A stretch of 64,000 nt of DNA from Atribacterota bacterium (GTDB lineage Bacteria; Atribacterota; Phoenicimicrobiia; Phoenicimicrobiales; Stramentimicrobiaceae). Positions 17,490 to 27,815 of this stretch are shown here, piece after piece. The position numbers and the translations under genes are program-made. Numbering within the stretch: the first letter of the stretch is position 1; the number at the start of each line of letters is the position of its first letter. The DNA lies in assembly GCA_040767965.1 (NCBI GenBank), contig JAXGNR010000010.1:1-64000 (forward strand), read 5' to 3'. A model generated the notes under the pieces. That model searched no databases and was not told the origin of the DNA. It saw nothing but the letters and a program-made list of their open reading frames with translations.

Positions 17490-18763
17490 ATGGATTAATT
17501 CTAATTGTTTGCTTTTTAATATTGATGATATTAGGTATCCCTATAGGGTTTAGTATGGGTGTTTCCTGCTTGATATTTTTTTATTTCGCTGACATCCCAT
17601 TCAGTGTTATACCTCAAGTTATGGTTAGCCTTTTTGAAAATTTCCCATTTTTAGCAATCCCTTTTTTTGCTTTAGCTGGTCAGCTCATGAATACTGGAGG
17701 TGTTACAGACAGGATATTTAAATTTGCTAAATCGCTAGTCGGACATATCCCTGGTGGGCTTGGGCATGCAAATGTAGTTGCAAGTATGATATTTGCTGGA
17801 ATGAGCGGATCTGCCGTAGCGGATAGTGCTGGGTTGGGGGCAATAGAGATAAAAGCCATGATAGAAGATGGTTATGATAAAGAATTTTCGGCTGCGGTTA
17901 CAGCTGCTTCTTCTACTATAGGTCCTATTATACCCCCAAGTATTCCTTTTATACTTTATGGAGCTATAGCAAATGTATCTGTTGGAGCTCTTTTTATAGC
18001 TGGTGCAATTCCAGGGATAATAATGGGCTTTGGTTTAATGGTAGTAGTGTATTTTATCTCTAAAAAGAAAGGATACAAGATCTATAAGAAAAGCAGCTTA
18101 AAAGAGTTATGGTTTGACTTTAAAGATGCTATTTTATCTTTACTTACTCCTATTATTATATTAGGAGGCATAGTACTGGGTATCGCTACTCCAACAGAAG
18201 CAGCAGTCATTGCGGTTATATATGCCTTGTTTTTACAAATATTTGTATATCGCGAATTTTCATATAAAAAATTGATTAATAGTTTAGAAAATGTTGCCAA
18301 AAGTATAGGTATGATAGCTTTTTTAAGTTGTACTGCATATTTATTTGGATGGATACTTAGTTACGAAATGATACCACAGCTTTTTACTAATACAATACTT
18401 TCTGTAACTTCCAATAAATATATTATATTATTTATTATTAATTTATTATTAATTTTAATCGGCTGCTTTATGGACACAACAGCGGCTATAGTTGTTATGG
18501 TCCCTGTTCTTCTGCCAGCAATAGACCTTTTTGGTATCAGCAGAGTGCATTTTGGTGTAATAATGACATTAAACTTAATGATTGGCCTTCTTACTCCCCC
18601 GGTAGGATTATGTGTTTATCTGGTATCAGATATTGCAAAAACGTCTTTTGAAAAAGTAGTTAAAGCTACTGTTCCATTTATGGTTATCTTAATTGCTGTT
18701 TTAATTTTAGTAACTTATCTTCCACAAATAACATTATTTTTACCTAATATATTAATTAAATAA
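17486..18763 (+). CDS. dctM: TRAP transporter large permease
   Basis: AIPFF.LAG, SGSAVAD, IIPPSI, TPTEAA and TPPVG; the start at 17486 overlaps the dctQ stop (ATGA). Confidence 0.93.
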   Translation: MNGLILIVCFLILMILGIPIGFSMGVSCLIFFYFADIPFSVIPQVMVSLFENFPFLAIPFFALAGQLMNTGGVTDRIFKFAKSLVGHIPGGLGHANVVASMIFAGMSGSAVADSAGLGAIEIKAMIEDGYDKEFSAAVTAASSTIGPIIPPSIPFILYGAIANVSVGALFIAGAIPGIIMGFGLMVVVYFISKKKGYKIYKKSSLKELWFDFKDAILSLLTPIIILGGIVLGIATPTEAAVIAVIYALFLQIFVYREFSYKKLINSLENVAKSIGMIAFLSCTAYLFGWILSYEMIPQLFTNTILSVTSNKYIILFIINLLLILIGCFMDTTAAIVVMVPVLLPAIDLFGISRVHFGVIMTLNLMIGLLTPPVGLCVYLVSDIAKTSFEKVVKATVPFMVILIAVLILVTYLPQITLFLPNILIK

Positions 18764-19172
18764 CTATAGGGCAGAGATTGTAAAAGGAATAGTTTTATAT
18801 AATATATATTATTATCAAATTCATTAATATAAAAATATTTTATTAATATTATATCAAATTTTTTTAAGTTAATTTAAGTCAAAGTGTAAACACGACTCGA
18901 AATTATTACATGTTAATCATGAATAACCCTAATAATTAATATTTTCTAAATGATTAAAAATAATAAATATTGGACAGACTTTTAATATTTTAAATATTTG
19001 TATTTTGGTAATGATTAAATATATAGAGAGGTTACGATTGTCTGAATTTTCCAGATTATTAGTAAAAAATAGTATTCCGATAATATTTCTTTTGAAATGT
19101 AGTAGAAATAATGAAGACACAGTAGAAATAAAATAAATAAAATTTTAATCTAGTGGCTAGGGCAAGGAAAAC

Positions 19173-20699
19173 TTATTTTTTATTTCTTATAAGTGAACTG
19201 ACTACAACTCTGTTACGACCTTCTTTTTTGGCCTGATACATTGCCTGATCAGCGGCCTCTATAAGATTTTCAGGATTTAAAATATTTCCTGGAATTGTTA
19301 CTGAAATACCTAAACTAATAGTTATAACTTTTTGCATACTACCTTCATTTTTAATGGCCAGATTTTCTACTTCTGAGCGCAAGTTTTCAGCTATTGCCAG
19401 AGCTCCCTCTTCTGTTGTGTTAAAAAGTAAAACTACAAACTCTTCTCCTCCAAAACGTGCTACAAAATCACCTGGTCTTTTTAAATTATTTTTAATTACA
19501 TTAGCTACTTTTATTAAGCTTTGATCTCCAGCTAAATGCCCATAGGTATCGTTATAGTTTTTAAAGTAGTCAATATCTAACATTATTAATGCCAGAGGCA
19601 TTTTTTCTCTTTTGCTAATATTCCATGTCTTTTGCAAAGCACGATCGAAATATCTTCTGTTAGGGATATTAGTCAACCCATCTACCATGGAAAATTTTTT
19701 TAACTGTTCATTAGCTTTCTGCAGTTTTTTATTTGTATCATTTAGTTCGCGGGTTCTTTTTTTAACTTCCTGTTCAAGTTTTGTATTTAATCTTTTGACT
19801 CTGTTTATTACCAGGATGGTGAATAATAAGATTACAGCCAAAATTGTTATGAAAAAATAAAAAATTGTTCTATTGACATACTCCTCGGTAAAATAAACTA
19901 CTCTCTTTCCTCGCCAATTGCTTAGAATATCAGCCATGGTACCATCATCATTCATGGCTTTCAGGCCAGAATTAATTAAATTGAGTAGTTCGGAATTTCC
20001 TTTCTTTACTGCTATGCGGGAATAGCTTATTTCGATAGGGCACTCAATAATCTGAATTCCGTCTACTCTGCTCCGGGCTAACTCGTATTCTCCAATCCAT
20101 CTATCAACAACAATAGCATCTATTCCACCGGATTGAAGCATATAAAAACCAGCTTTCCAGTCTGGAATAATTACTATATTTATTCCTTCATAATTGCTTA
20201 ATAGTTGATAAGGATATCCTCCAGATTCTACGCCTGTTTTCTTATTTTTTAAATCATATACTGTATTGATGTTAGTATTGCCATTTTTTATAAATATGGA
20301 AAACTCTGACTTTAATAATTCATAAGAAAAATCATAGAGCAATTCCCTTCCCGGATTTGGATTTATCTGTAACAGGGCGTCTGCATCACCTGCCAATACT
20401 TTCTTCTGTGCTTCTTCCCATTCAATGGCTTCGACCTGGATTTTAGAGTCTATTTTTTTACCTAATTCTCTGACTATATCAACGACAACTCCTTTGGCCA
20501 CTCCTTTTTCTTCAAATATAATAGGGGCTATGTTTTTATTTCCCAGAAAAATCAGAGTATTATCAGTACTAGCACTGTCCTTGTTCAGGTTTGATGATGA
20601 AACTGAAAGGTATGAAAATAAGAGTAATATTACTAATGCTAGCGGTATGTAAAAAAAGGAAAATATTTTTTGTTTTTTCATTATATTGCTTTTCCCCAA
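19173..20699 (-). CDS. Membrane diguanylate cyclase with an extracytoplasmic SBP_bac_3 sensor
   Basis: PBPb-like domain between two transmembrane segments, coiled coil, RPGD I-site and GGEEF. Confidence 0.9.
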   Translation of the reverse strand: MGKSNIMKKQKIFSFFYIPLALVILLLFSYLSVSSSNLNKDSASTDNTLIFLGNKNIAPIIFEEKGVAKGVVVDIVRELGKKIDSKIQVEAIEWEEAQKKVLAGDADALLQINPNPGRELLYDFSYELLKSEFSIFIKNGNTNINTVYDLKNKKTGVESGGYPYQLLSNYEGINIVIIPDWKAGFYMLQSGGIDAIVVDRWIGEYELARSRVDGIQIIECPIEISYSRIAVKKGNSELLNLINSGLKAMNDDGTMADILSNWRGKRVVYFTEEYVNRTIFYFFITILAVILLFTILVINRVKRLNTKLEQEVKKRTRELNDTNKKLQKANEQLKKFSMVDGLTNIPNRRYFDRALQKTWNISKREKMPLALIMLDIDYFKNYNDTYGHLAGDQSLIKVANVIKNNLKRPGDFVARFGGEEFVVLLFNTTEEGALAIAENLRSEVENLAIKNEGSMQKVITISLGISVTIPGNILNPENLIEAADQAMYQAKKEGRNRVVVSSLIRNKK

Positions 20700-21078
20700 T
20701 AATTTCCACCTGTCAAATATTAAGTTTTATAGTTTAAAAGGTAATCTTGCAGTACAATAATTATTTGCAGATATGGAGTAATCCAAAAATTTATTATAAT
20801 ACTTTTTCAATACAAAAGAAAGATTATCATTTATTATCCAGTCTGACTGGATCTTTATTAAATTTATTTATTTTATTCTAAAATATTAAAAAAATAAATT
20901 TAGAATATTGTTATGTGTTATAATATTACAATTTTAGTTAACTCAATAGTTTTGTTTTTTTAAACAGTAAAATATTATTAAATGTTTTACTGTTTCCTTA
21001 TTCCACGAAAAAATTCCAGGTAGCAGGAACATATAAAGTTACTTGTTTAGCCTTAAATTATAGTAGAAGGGAAAATTC

Positions 21079-23622
21079 GTGAGAAAATTTATTTCTTTAT
21101 TTTCTATATGTTTTATAATATTTTACGTTCTGACTGCCTCCTGTTTTGCTGCAGAGGATATCCGCTGGACAAAAGATGAAGCTATATTTATCAACGAAAA
21201 TCCCGTTATTCGGCTTGGTGTGGACCCGAAGTTTGTTCCCTTTGAGTTTTTCGATGAGAATGGCGAGTATAAAGGAATTACTGCAGATTACCTTTCCCTG
21301 ATAAGTGAGAGAACAGGACTAAAATTTGAAATTGCCAGAGGGTTAACCTGGCCGGAAGCCTATGATATGGCTCTATCGGGAGAGGTTGACGCCCTCCCTG
21401 CAATATCCAGGACAGAGGAAAGGGGAAAATATTTTCTTTTTTCTCAACCCTATTTTTACTTCAAAAGGGTTATTGTGACCCAAAACACAGATACCGGTAT
21501 TTCTGATATGGATGATCTGGCAGGGGTAGCAGTTGCAGTGCAAAGAAACAGCTCCCACCATAGTTATTTATTATCTTATCCTAATATAAATTTAAGCTTG
21601 TATGATAGTGTAGAAGCCGCCCTTGCTTCAGTTGCCAGTGGGGCTGAGAGAGTTTTTTTAGGGAATCTTGCTACTACTGATTACCTGGTTCGAACCAATG
21701 CAATTACTAATTTAAAATTTATCGTATTTGAGGCAGAGAAAGAACAGGCATTGTATTTTGCTGTTCGGCAGGACTGGCCGGAACTGGTTAATATTCTCAA
21801 CAAGACACTGAATAGTATCCCTGAAGAAGAAAAAATCTCCATTAATAATAAGTGGATTGAATTTAAAGCTGAGATTGACTATGGTCCTATTTATCGAATT
21901 TTTTTGCTGATTGGATCTATCCTTGCAGGTGTTATGGTCGTTTCTTTCTTCTGGATTATTCGCTTAAAGAAAGAGATCAAAAAACGAAAGCAGATTCTGC
22001 TGGATTTGGAGAAAGCAAAAAAAGAGGCAGAGGAAGCAAATGATTTTAAGTCCAGCTTTTTGGTAAGAATGTCCCATGAAATAAGAACACCCCTTAATGC
22101 GATTACCGGGATGTCCTACCTTCTCAAAAAAACCGGGATTTCTTTAACACAAAGCATTTATATTGACAGGATAACCCAAGCTGCAAACAATATGTTGAGT
22201 ATAATTAATGATATTCTGGATTTTTCAAAAATTGAAGCCGGGAAAATAGAGCTAGAAATGACCTCTTTCAGCCTGGATCAGGTTATTCAGGACGTGATCA
22301 ATATCGTTTCTTACAAAATAGAAGAACAGGAAATAGGTTTAAAACTTACCAAAGATCCTGATGTTCCTAACTGGTTTTTTGGAGATGCAAAACGCATAGA
22401 ACAAATATTGCTTAATATTTTAAACAATGCCGCAAAATTTACCAGTTCAGGAGAAGTTTCCCTGGATGTCAGACTGATAGCGAAGGAAAATGAAAATTAT
22501 CACATATCATTTACAGTTAAAGATACAGGGATTGGGATGTCGGAAGAACAGGTTAATAAATTATTTCAACCTTTTATTCAGGGGGACAGTAGTATTAACC
22601 GACGATTTGGTGGTTCGGGATTAGGGTTGTCTATTGTTAAAAACCTGGTAGAGATGATGGGAGGGCAAATAAAGATTTTCAGTACACCCGGGGAAGGTTC
22701 TACCTTTATTATTAACTTAATATTACAAGTCGATAGAGATAAAGAAGATACGGATAAAAGAACATTGTCGGTATCAGCCAAACACTTCAAGAATGTCAGG
22801 ACACTGGTTCTGGAAAAAACCGGAGCAAATATGAATCTAATAGAAAGTTACCTTGGTTCCTTTGGAATGCAATGTGAACTTACCAGCTCAGAAGCCAGTG
22901 CAATTCGCATGCTGGAAGCTTCTGATGGTAAATTTGCTAAACCTTTTGATTTGTTTATTCTCGATTATGAGACCCCACAGGAAGGTGGCTTTAAATTTAT
23001 AGAGTCACTTCGAAGAAATGAAAGTATTTTTAGAGTGCCAAAAATTATCTTGCTCTTACCAATGATGAGAGAAGATTTATTTGATAAACTCAATGAATAT
23101 AAAGTCGATCTAGGGATCGGTAAACCCATCATTCCATCAATACTTTTAAATGGTATTCTGGATATTTTTCATCTGAAGGCAGTATCAGCATCTCAACCTT
23201 CTGTAAAAAAAGAAGATATTCCGGAACAATCAGACAAAGATTACAATGTTTTATTAGCAGAAGACAATAAGACGAACCAACTGATTGCCAGATCCCTCCT
23301 TCAGCGGGTGAATATTAAAACAATGATAGCTAATAATGGGAAAGAGGCAGTTGATCTTTATCAGCAACAACAGAAAAAGATTGATTTGATTTTAATGGAT
23401 TTACATATGCCTGTTATGAACGGTTATGAAGCAGCCAAGGAAATCAGAAAAATGTCAACAGATGTTCCTATTGTTGCCATGACTGCAGATGTTATTCTTG
23501 GGGTAAAGGAGAAGTGTGAACAAAGTGGAATATATCACTATATCAGCAAACCATTTGACCCGGATCACTTTATTCGCACTATTAAAGAGCTTATTATGGA
23601 AGAGGAGGAAAAGAAAAATTGA
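21079..23622 (+). CDS. Hybrid sensor histidine kinase (SBP_bac_3-HisKA-HATPase-REC-REC)
   Basis: MSHEIRTPLN, NAAKFT, DTGIG, GGSGLGL and C-terminal LMDLHMP. Confidence 0.92.
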   Translation: MRKFISLFSICFIIFYVLTASCFAAEDIRWTKDEAIFINENPVIRLGVDPKFVPFEFFDENGEYKGITADYLSLISERTGLKFEIARGLTWPEAYDMALSGEVDALPAISRTEERGKYFLFSQPYFYFKRVIVTQNTDTGISDMDDLAGVAVAVQRNSSHHSYLLSYPNINLSLYDSVEAALASVASGAERVFLGNLATTDYLVRTNAITNLKFIVFEAEKEQALYFAVRQDWPELVNILNKTLNSIPEEEKISINNKWIEFKAEIDYGPIYRIFLLIGSILAGVMVVSFFWIIRLKKEIKKRKQILLDLEKAKKEAEEANDFKSSFLVRMSHEIRTPLNAITGMSYLLKKTGISLTQSIYIDRITQAANNMLSIINDILDFSKIEAGKIELEMTSFSLDQVIQDVINIVSYKIEEQEIGLKLTKDPDVPNWFFGDAKRIEQILLNILNNAAKFTSSGEVSLDVRLIAKENENYHISFTVKDTGIGMSEEQVNKLFQPFIQGDSSINRRFGGSGLGLSIVKNLVEMMGGQIKIFSTPGEGSTFIINLILQVDRDKEDTDKRTLSVSAKHFKNVRTLVLEKTGANMNLIESYLGSFGMQCELTSSEASAIRMLEASDGKFAKPFDLFILDYETPQEGGFKFIESLRRNESIFRVPKIILLLPMMREDLFDKLNEYKVDLGIGKPIIPSILLNGILDIFHLKAVSASQPSVKKEDIPEQSDKDYNVLLAEDNKTNQLIARSLLQRVNIKTMIANNGKEAVDLYQQQQKKIDLILMDLHMPVMNGYEAAKEIRKMSTDVPIVAMTADVILGVKEKCEQSGIYHYISKPFDPDHFIRTIKELIMEEEEKKN

Positions 23623-23623
23623 T

Positions 23624-23959
23624 ATGAATGTCTTAGATAAATCAACTGGTTTAAAAAATATGGCAGATGATATAGAGCTATATCAACAGGTATTAAATGA
23701 GTATTATAAGGAAAACCAGGATACTGAAGAAAAGATCATTTTCGCGATAAAAGAAAAAAATTATGCTGGAGCTGTCCAGATTGTCCATAAGGTTAAGGGC
23801 AGCTCAGGCAGTATAGGTGCCAGGGCTCTTTATGAAGTATCAGTGAAGTTACAAAAAGCACTGAAGGAAGAAATGGAAGAAGAAATATTGCCCTTATATA
23901 AAGAATTCTCTAATTTGCTGAAAACACTGTTTGGGGAAATTAGAGAATTAAAATTGTAA
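23624..23959 (+). CDS. Hpt phosphotransfer protein
   Basis: VHKVKGSSGSIGA motif; ATG 23624 follows the kinase stop. Confidence 0.85.
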   Translation: MNVLDKSTGLKNMADDIELYQQVLNEYYKENQDTEEKIIFAIKEKNYAGAVQIVHKVKGSSGSIGARALYEVSVKLQKALKEEMEEEILPLYKEFSNLLKTLFGEIRELKL

Positions 23960-24017
23960 AAATGTCTGTTAAATAGCATGCTCCATAAAAGGATGAAGAA
24001 TAAAAGGAGAAGATATA

Positions 24018-26507
24018 ATGTCAGTAAAAATCTTGGTTGCCGAAGATTCAGCATCAGATCGTATGATTATCAAAAGGATGTTGAGGGAATATGATATCCT
24101 GGTTGCCTGTGACGGTATACAAACAATGCAGCAGTTAAAAGAGCATGAAGATGTCAAATTGCTGATCCTGGATTTGAACATGCCTAAAATGGATGGCTTT
24201 GAAGTATTGGCAGAGTTGAGATCTGATGAAAGGTACAAAAAAGTACGTACTATCATCTTAACAAACTATGATGAGCTGGAAAACGAGATCAAGGGATTAA
24301 AATTTGGTGCAGTGGATTATGTCAGAAAGCCTATTCAAATGGAATCACTGAAAGCCAGAATTGAAGTTCATGTTGAATTAATCAAAATCCAACAGGCACT
24401 TGAACTAAAACTGCACGAAAAAGGACTAACTTTTGATACAATTTTTAGTCAGGCACCAATTGGTATAGCCATTTCATTCAGCAATGATTTTGCTTCTAAT
24501 CAACAAAACAGCCATTTCAGTATAAACTCAACGTATGAAAAAATTACCGGGAGAACAAAAGAAGAGCTAAAAAAAACAGGCTGGACAGCAATTACCCACC
24601 CTGATGATTTAGAAAAAGATTTAGAAAACTACAGAAAACTCCAGTCCGGAGAAATTAAAAGTTATACAATGGAAAAGCGCTTAATTAAGCCGGATGGCTC
24701 GATCGTTTGGGTGAACTTGATTATGTCTCAGCTTAATTTGTCAGAAAATAATCAGTCCAATCATATTGCTTTACTGCAGGATATTACCAGGCGAAAGTCA
24801 ATAGAAGAAGAATTGATGGAGAGTGAACGCAGTAAATCTGTTCTTCTTTCCCATCTTCCGGGTTTAGCCTACAGGTGCAATTATGATCGAGAATGGACGA
24901 TGCAATATGTTTCAGCTGGCTGTTTTGAATTGACCGGATATCTGCCAGAAAGTTTTATAGCCAACAAGGAACTTTCTTTTAATGATATCATTGCACCTGA
25001 ATATCGTGAAGTACTCTGGGAAAAATGGAAGTATAATCTTGTGAATCATTTACCTCTAAATCATGAATATGAAATTATAACTGCCAGTGGAAAAAGGAAA
25101 TGGGTTCTGGAGATGGGTGAAGGTATTTTTAACCTAAAAGGGGAAGTTGAAGCTCTTGAGGGGATTATTATTGATATTACAGATCGCAAAGGGATGGAAA
25201 ATACTCTCAAATATAATAACGATCATGACAGCTGGACTGGTTTATATAATCGCAACTATTTAGAAAACCTTTTAAAGAATGATGCTAATCAGCAGAAAAT
25301 AGAAAACAGAGCAATTGTTGGTATAAATCTAAGCACCATACATTCATTAACAACAACCTTTGGGTTTCATTATACCCAGAATTTGATTAAAAACATTGTT
25401 GCTGTTCTCAATAAATATGGTACAGATCAACGAAAATTATTTATTATATATGAAAACCATTTTGTATTTTATCTGACAGAATATCAGGACAAAAAGGAAC
25501 TTATTGAATTCTGCAAAACGATTGCAAAAACCCTGGAATATCTGCTTACAGCAGAAAGAGTCAACGGAGGAATTGGGGTTGTGGAAATAAACCAGTATAA
25601 TGAGAATGATGTCAATCAACTACTGAAGAAGCTCCTGATCGCCTCTGAAAAATCCATCGAGATGAATGAGGGGGATTTCGGTATTTGCTTTTATGATCAA
25701 GAAATAGAGGCACAGGTTATTCGGGAACAGAATATAGAGAATGAACTTACCAGAATTGTTGCCGATGAGAGTAACGGCGGCCTCTATTTACAATTTCAAC
25801 CGATTCTTGATTTAAGCTCAAACCAAATATGTGGTTTTGAAGGCCTGGCTAGATTAAAAAGTGAGAAACTTGGACAAATTCAACCTTTGGAGTTTATACC
25901 TATCGCTGAGGAAACAAAACTAATTATCCCCATAGGCAAAAAGATTATTCTACAGGCATTACGTTTCCTGAGAAGATTAAAAGAGTATGGATTTGAGGAT
26001 ATGAATGTCTCGATCAATATTTCTGTCATTCAGTTACTGAGAGATGGTTTTCATGAAAATTTATTGGAGATGATTCATAACATGCAGGTTGACCCCAACA
26101 ATATTGGTATCGAAATTACGGAGTCAGTATTTACATCAGATTATGACAAAATAAACCGTATTCTTGGAGAACTGAGAAAAGCTGGCCTTTGTACAGCTAT
26201 TGATGATTTCGGGACAGGCTATTCTTCTCTTGCACGAGAGAGAGAACTAAATATCAACTGCCTAAAGATTGACAAGTATTTTATTGATAAATTGATGTAT
26301 CTTGAACCTGAAAAAACAATTACTGACGACATTATATCCATGGCTCACAATTTAGACCATTTTGTCATAGCTGAAGGGGTTGAATATGAAAAGCAGAGAC
26401 AGTACCTGTATGATTGTGGTTGTGACAAAATACAGGGTTACCTAATCAGCAAACCTCTCAATGAAGAAGAAGCTTTAGAATTTCTAAAAAAGAATAAAAA
26501 GAACTAA
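24018..26507 (+). CDS. REC-PAS-PAS-GGDEF(degenerate)-EAL protein, probable c-di-GMP phosphodiesterase
   Basis: ILDLNMP receiver, two PAS domains, GGDEF replaced by IYENH, EGL and DDFGTGYSS. Confidence 0.88.
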   Translation: MSVKILVAEDSASDRMIIKRMLREYDILVACDGIQTMQQLKEHEDVKLLILDLNMPKMDGFEVLAELRSDERYKKVRTIILTNYDELENEIKGLKFGAVDYVRKPIQMESLKARIEVHVELIKIQQALELKLHEKGLTFDTIFSQAPIGIAISFSNDFASNQQNSHFSINSTYEKITGRTKEELKKTGWTAITHPDDLEKDLENYRKLQSGEIKSYTMEKRLIKPDGSIVWVNLIMSQLNLSENNQSNHIALLQDITRRKSIEEELMESERSKSVLLSHLPGLAYRCNYDREWTMQYVSAGCFELTGYLPESFIANKELSFNDIIAPEYREVLWEKWKYNLVNHLPLNHEYEIITASGKRKWVLEMGEGIFNLKGEVEALEGIIIDITDRKGMENTLKYNNDHDSWTGLYNRNYLENLLKNDANQQKIENRAIVGINLSTIHSLTTTFGFHYTQNLIKNIVAVLNKYGTDQRKLFIIYENHFVFYLTEYQDKKELIEFCKTIAKTLEYLLTAERVNGGIGVVEINQYNENDVNQLLKKLLIASEKSIEMNEGDFGICFYDQEIEAQVIREQNIENELTRIVADESNGGLYLQFQPILDLSSNQICGFEGLARLKSEKLGQIQPLEFIPIAEETKLIIPIGKKIILQALRFLRRLKEYGFEDMNVSINISVIQLLRDGFHENLLEMIHNMQVDPNNIGIEITESVFTSDYDKINRILGELRKAGLCTAIDDFGTGYSSLARERELNINCLKIDKYFIDKLMYLEPEKTITDDIISMAHNLDHFVIAEGVEYEKQRQYLYDCGCDKIQGYLISKPLNEEEALEFLKKNKKN

Positions 26508-26650
26508 TTTTCAAATAATTTTCTGAAAATTTTAAAAATAACTTAAAAATTCTTACCAAAAATTAATAGCAAACAATAAATTTTCAGTTTCTAAAGATAT
26601 CTAGGGAGAATTAATAATATTTAGTTTTTAATAAGATAAGGTAAAAGAAA

Positions 26651-26811
26651 ATGCTTGAAATACCTGAAAGCAATACTATAGCAAGACAATTAGGATACTG
26701 TTAATTTTTATCTGGTCTGGAAAGCCACGCTCTATTTGCGGTATGGAAATACAAAAATCTTCTTATTTGGGTGGTGCAATCTATTGGTGTCCTGCCTGTC
26801 AGCCTATGTAG
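26651..26811 (+). pseudogene. Internally deleted Fpg/Nei-like DNA glycosylase
   Basis: N-terminus MLEIPESNTIARQL lies next to the C-terminal zinc finger GKPRSICG...YLGGAIYWCPACQ*. Confidence 0.7.
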
Positions 26812-26881
26812 TAAGGGAATAGCATAAAAAGAAAGAATGTTTTTAAATATTAAATATATAAAATATTAATAAAGGAGAAAA

Positions 26882-27109
26882 ATGTTGAAATATATAGCAA
26901 TTGTTATAACTGTCATATTATTATCTTTATTGTTTTTTCTCCAGGGATATTTTTATAATTGGCTAATCACCAATTTACAATTTTCACCATTATTGAAAAT
27001 TTTGGTCTGTATTTGTATATTGGGGTTAATAATAGCTCTAGTATATGTTGGATATATTAGGATTAAAGAAATAAAAAAGGAGAAAGATGATGATCTTAGT
27101 AAATACTGA
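26882..27109 (+). CDS. Small two-TM membrane protein
   Basis: AAAGGAG RBS; two hydrophobic helices; ends ..EKDDDLSKY and overlaps the YbjQ-family gene. Confidence 0.7.
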   Translation: MLKYIAIVITVILLSLLFFLQGYFYNWLITNLQFSPLLKILVCICILGLIIALVYVGYIRIKEIKKEKDDDLSKY

Positions 27110-27404
27110 TTTTATTACTGGAAAAAGTCTGCAAACATTACAGATGGTAAAAGGAAGTACCATTCAATCAAAGAACATTGGCAGAGATATCCTTAGTGGT
27201 CTTAAATCATTAGTAGGCGGGGAGTTGTCAGCTTACAGCAAAATGATGGATGAGGCTCGGGCAATTGCTACTAAAAGAATGGCTGAAGAAGCTTCATCTT
27301 TAGATGCCGACGCAGTTATAAATATTCGCTATTCTTCAGCCGCGGTCATGGGTGGGGCAGCGGAGGTTTTATGCTGGGGAACTGCAGTAAAATTTGTGGA
27401 ATAA
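27087..27404 (+). CDS. YbjQ/UPF0145 family protein
   Basis: GRDI..GLK..VGGEL..Y, ADAVINIRY and GTAVK. Confidence 0.9.
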   Translation: MMILVNTDFITGKSLQTLQMVKGSTIQSKNIGRDILSGLKSLVGGELSAYSKMMDEARAIATKRMAEEASSLDADAVINIRYSSAAVMGGAAEVLCWGTAVKFVE

Positions 27405-27463
27405 TATATGCTCAATCATATTGTTATATTTCCAATTACACTATTTGGTGAGGCAGATACAAT

Positions 27464-27740
27464 ATGTTTGGTAAGATAATAGAAAACAGTGTTCCAATTG
27501 GCGATAGTGAAATGCCTTATATTGTTTTCGGAAAAGGAAAAAACAGCTGGTAATATATCTTGACTGGCAGAAGGGATAAAAACAGTAAAAGGAACAGGAT
27601 TATTGCTCAGATTTATTTACCGACACTATTGTAAAGAATGCCGGGTTTGAGGTTTTAGCAGTAAACTAATCCTGTATCCTGAATTCGGACATGATGTTTA
27701 TACCAAGAAAGGATTTCATGATAGCATACTAGATTTTTAA
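27464..27740 (+). pseudogene. Internally deleted, frameshifted alpha/beta hydrolase
   Basis: MPYIVFGKGK/QLVI/LAEGIKTVKG...FIYR followed by SKLILYPEFGHDVY...FHDSILDF; the catalytic core is missing. Confidence 0.6.
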
Positions 27741-27815
27741 GATCATAAAAATAAGTTAAGATTGATTATTAACTAAAAGATACTCTATCGGTTTAGAAAA
27801 CCCATGGAGTGAAGT

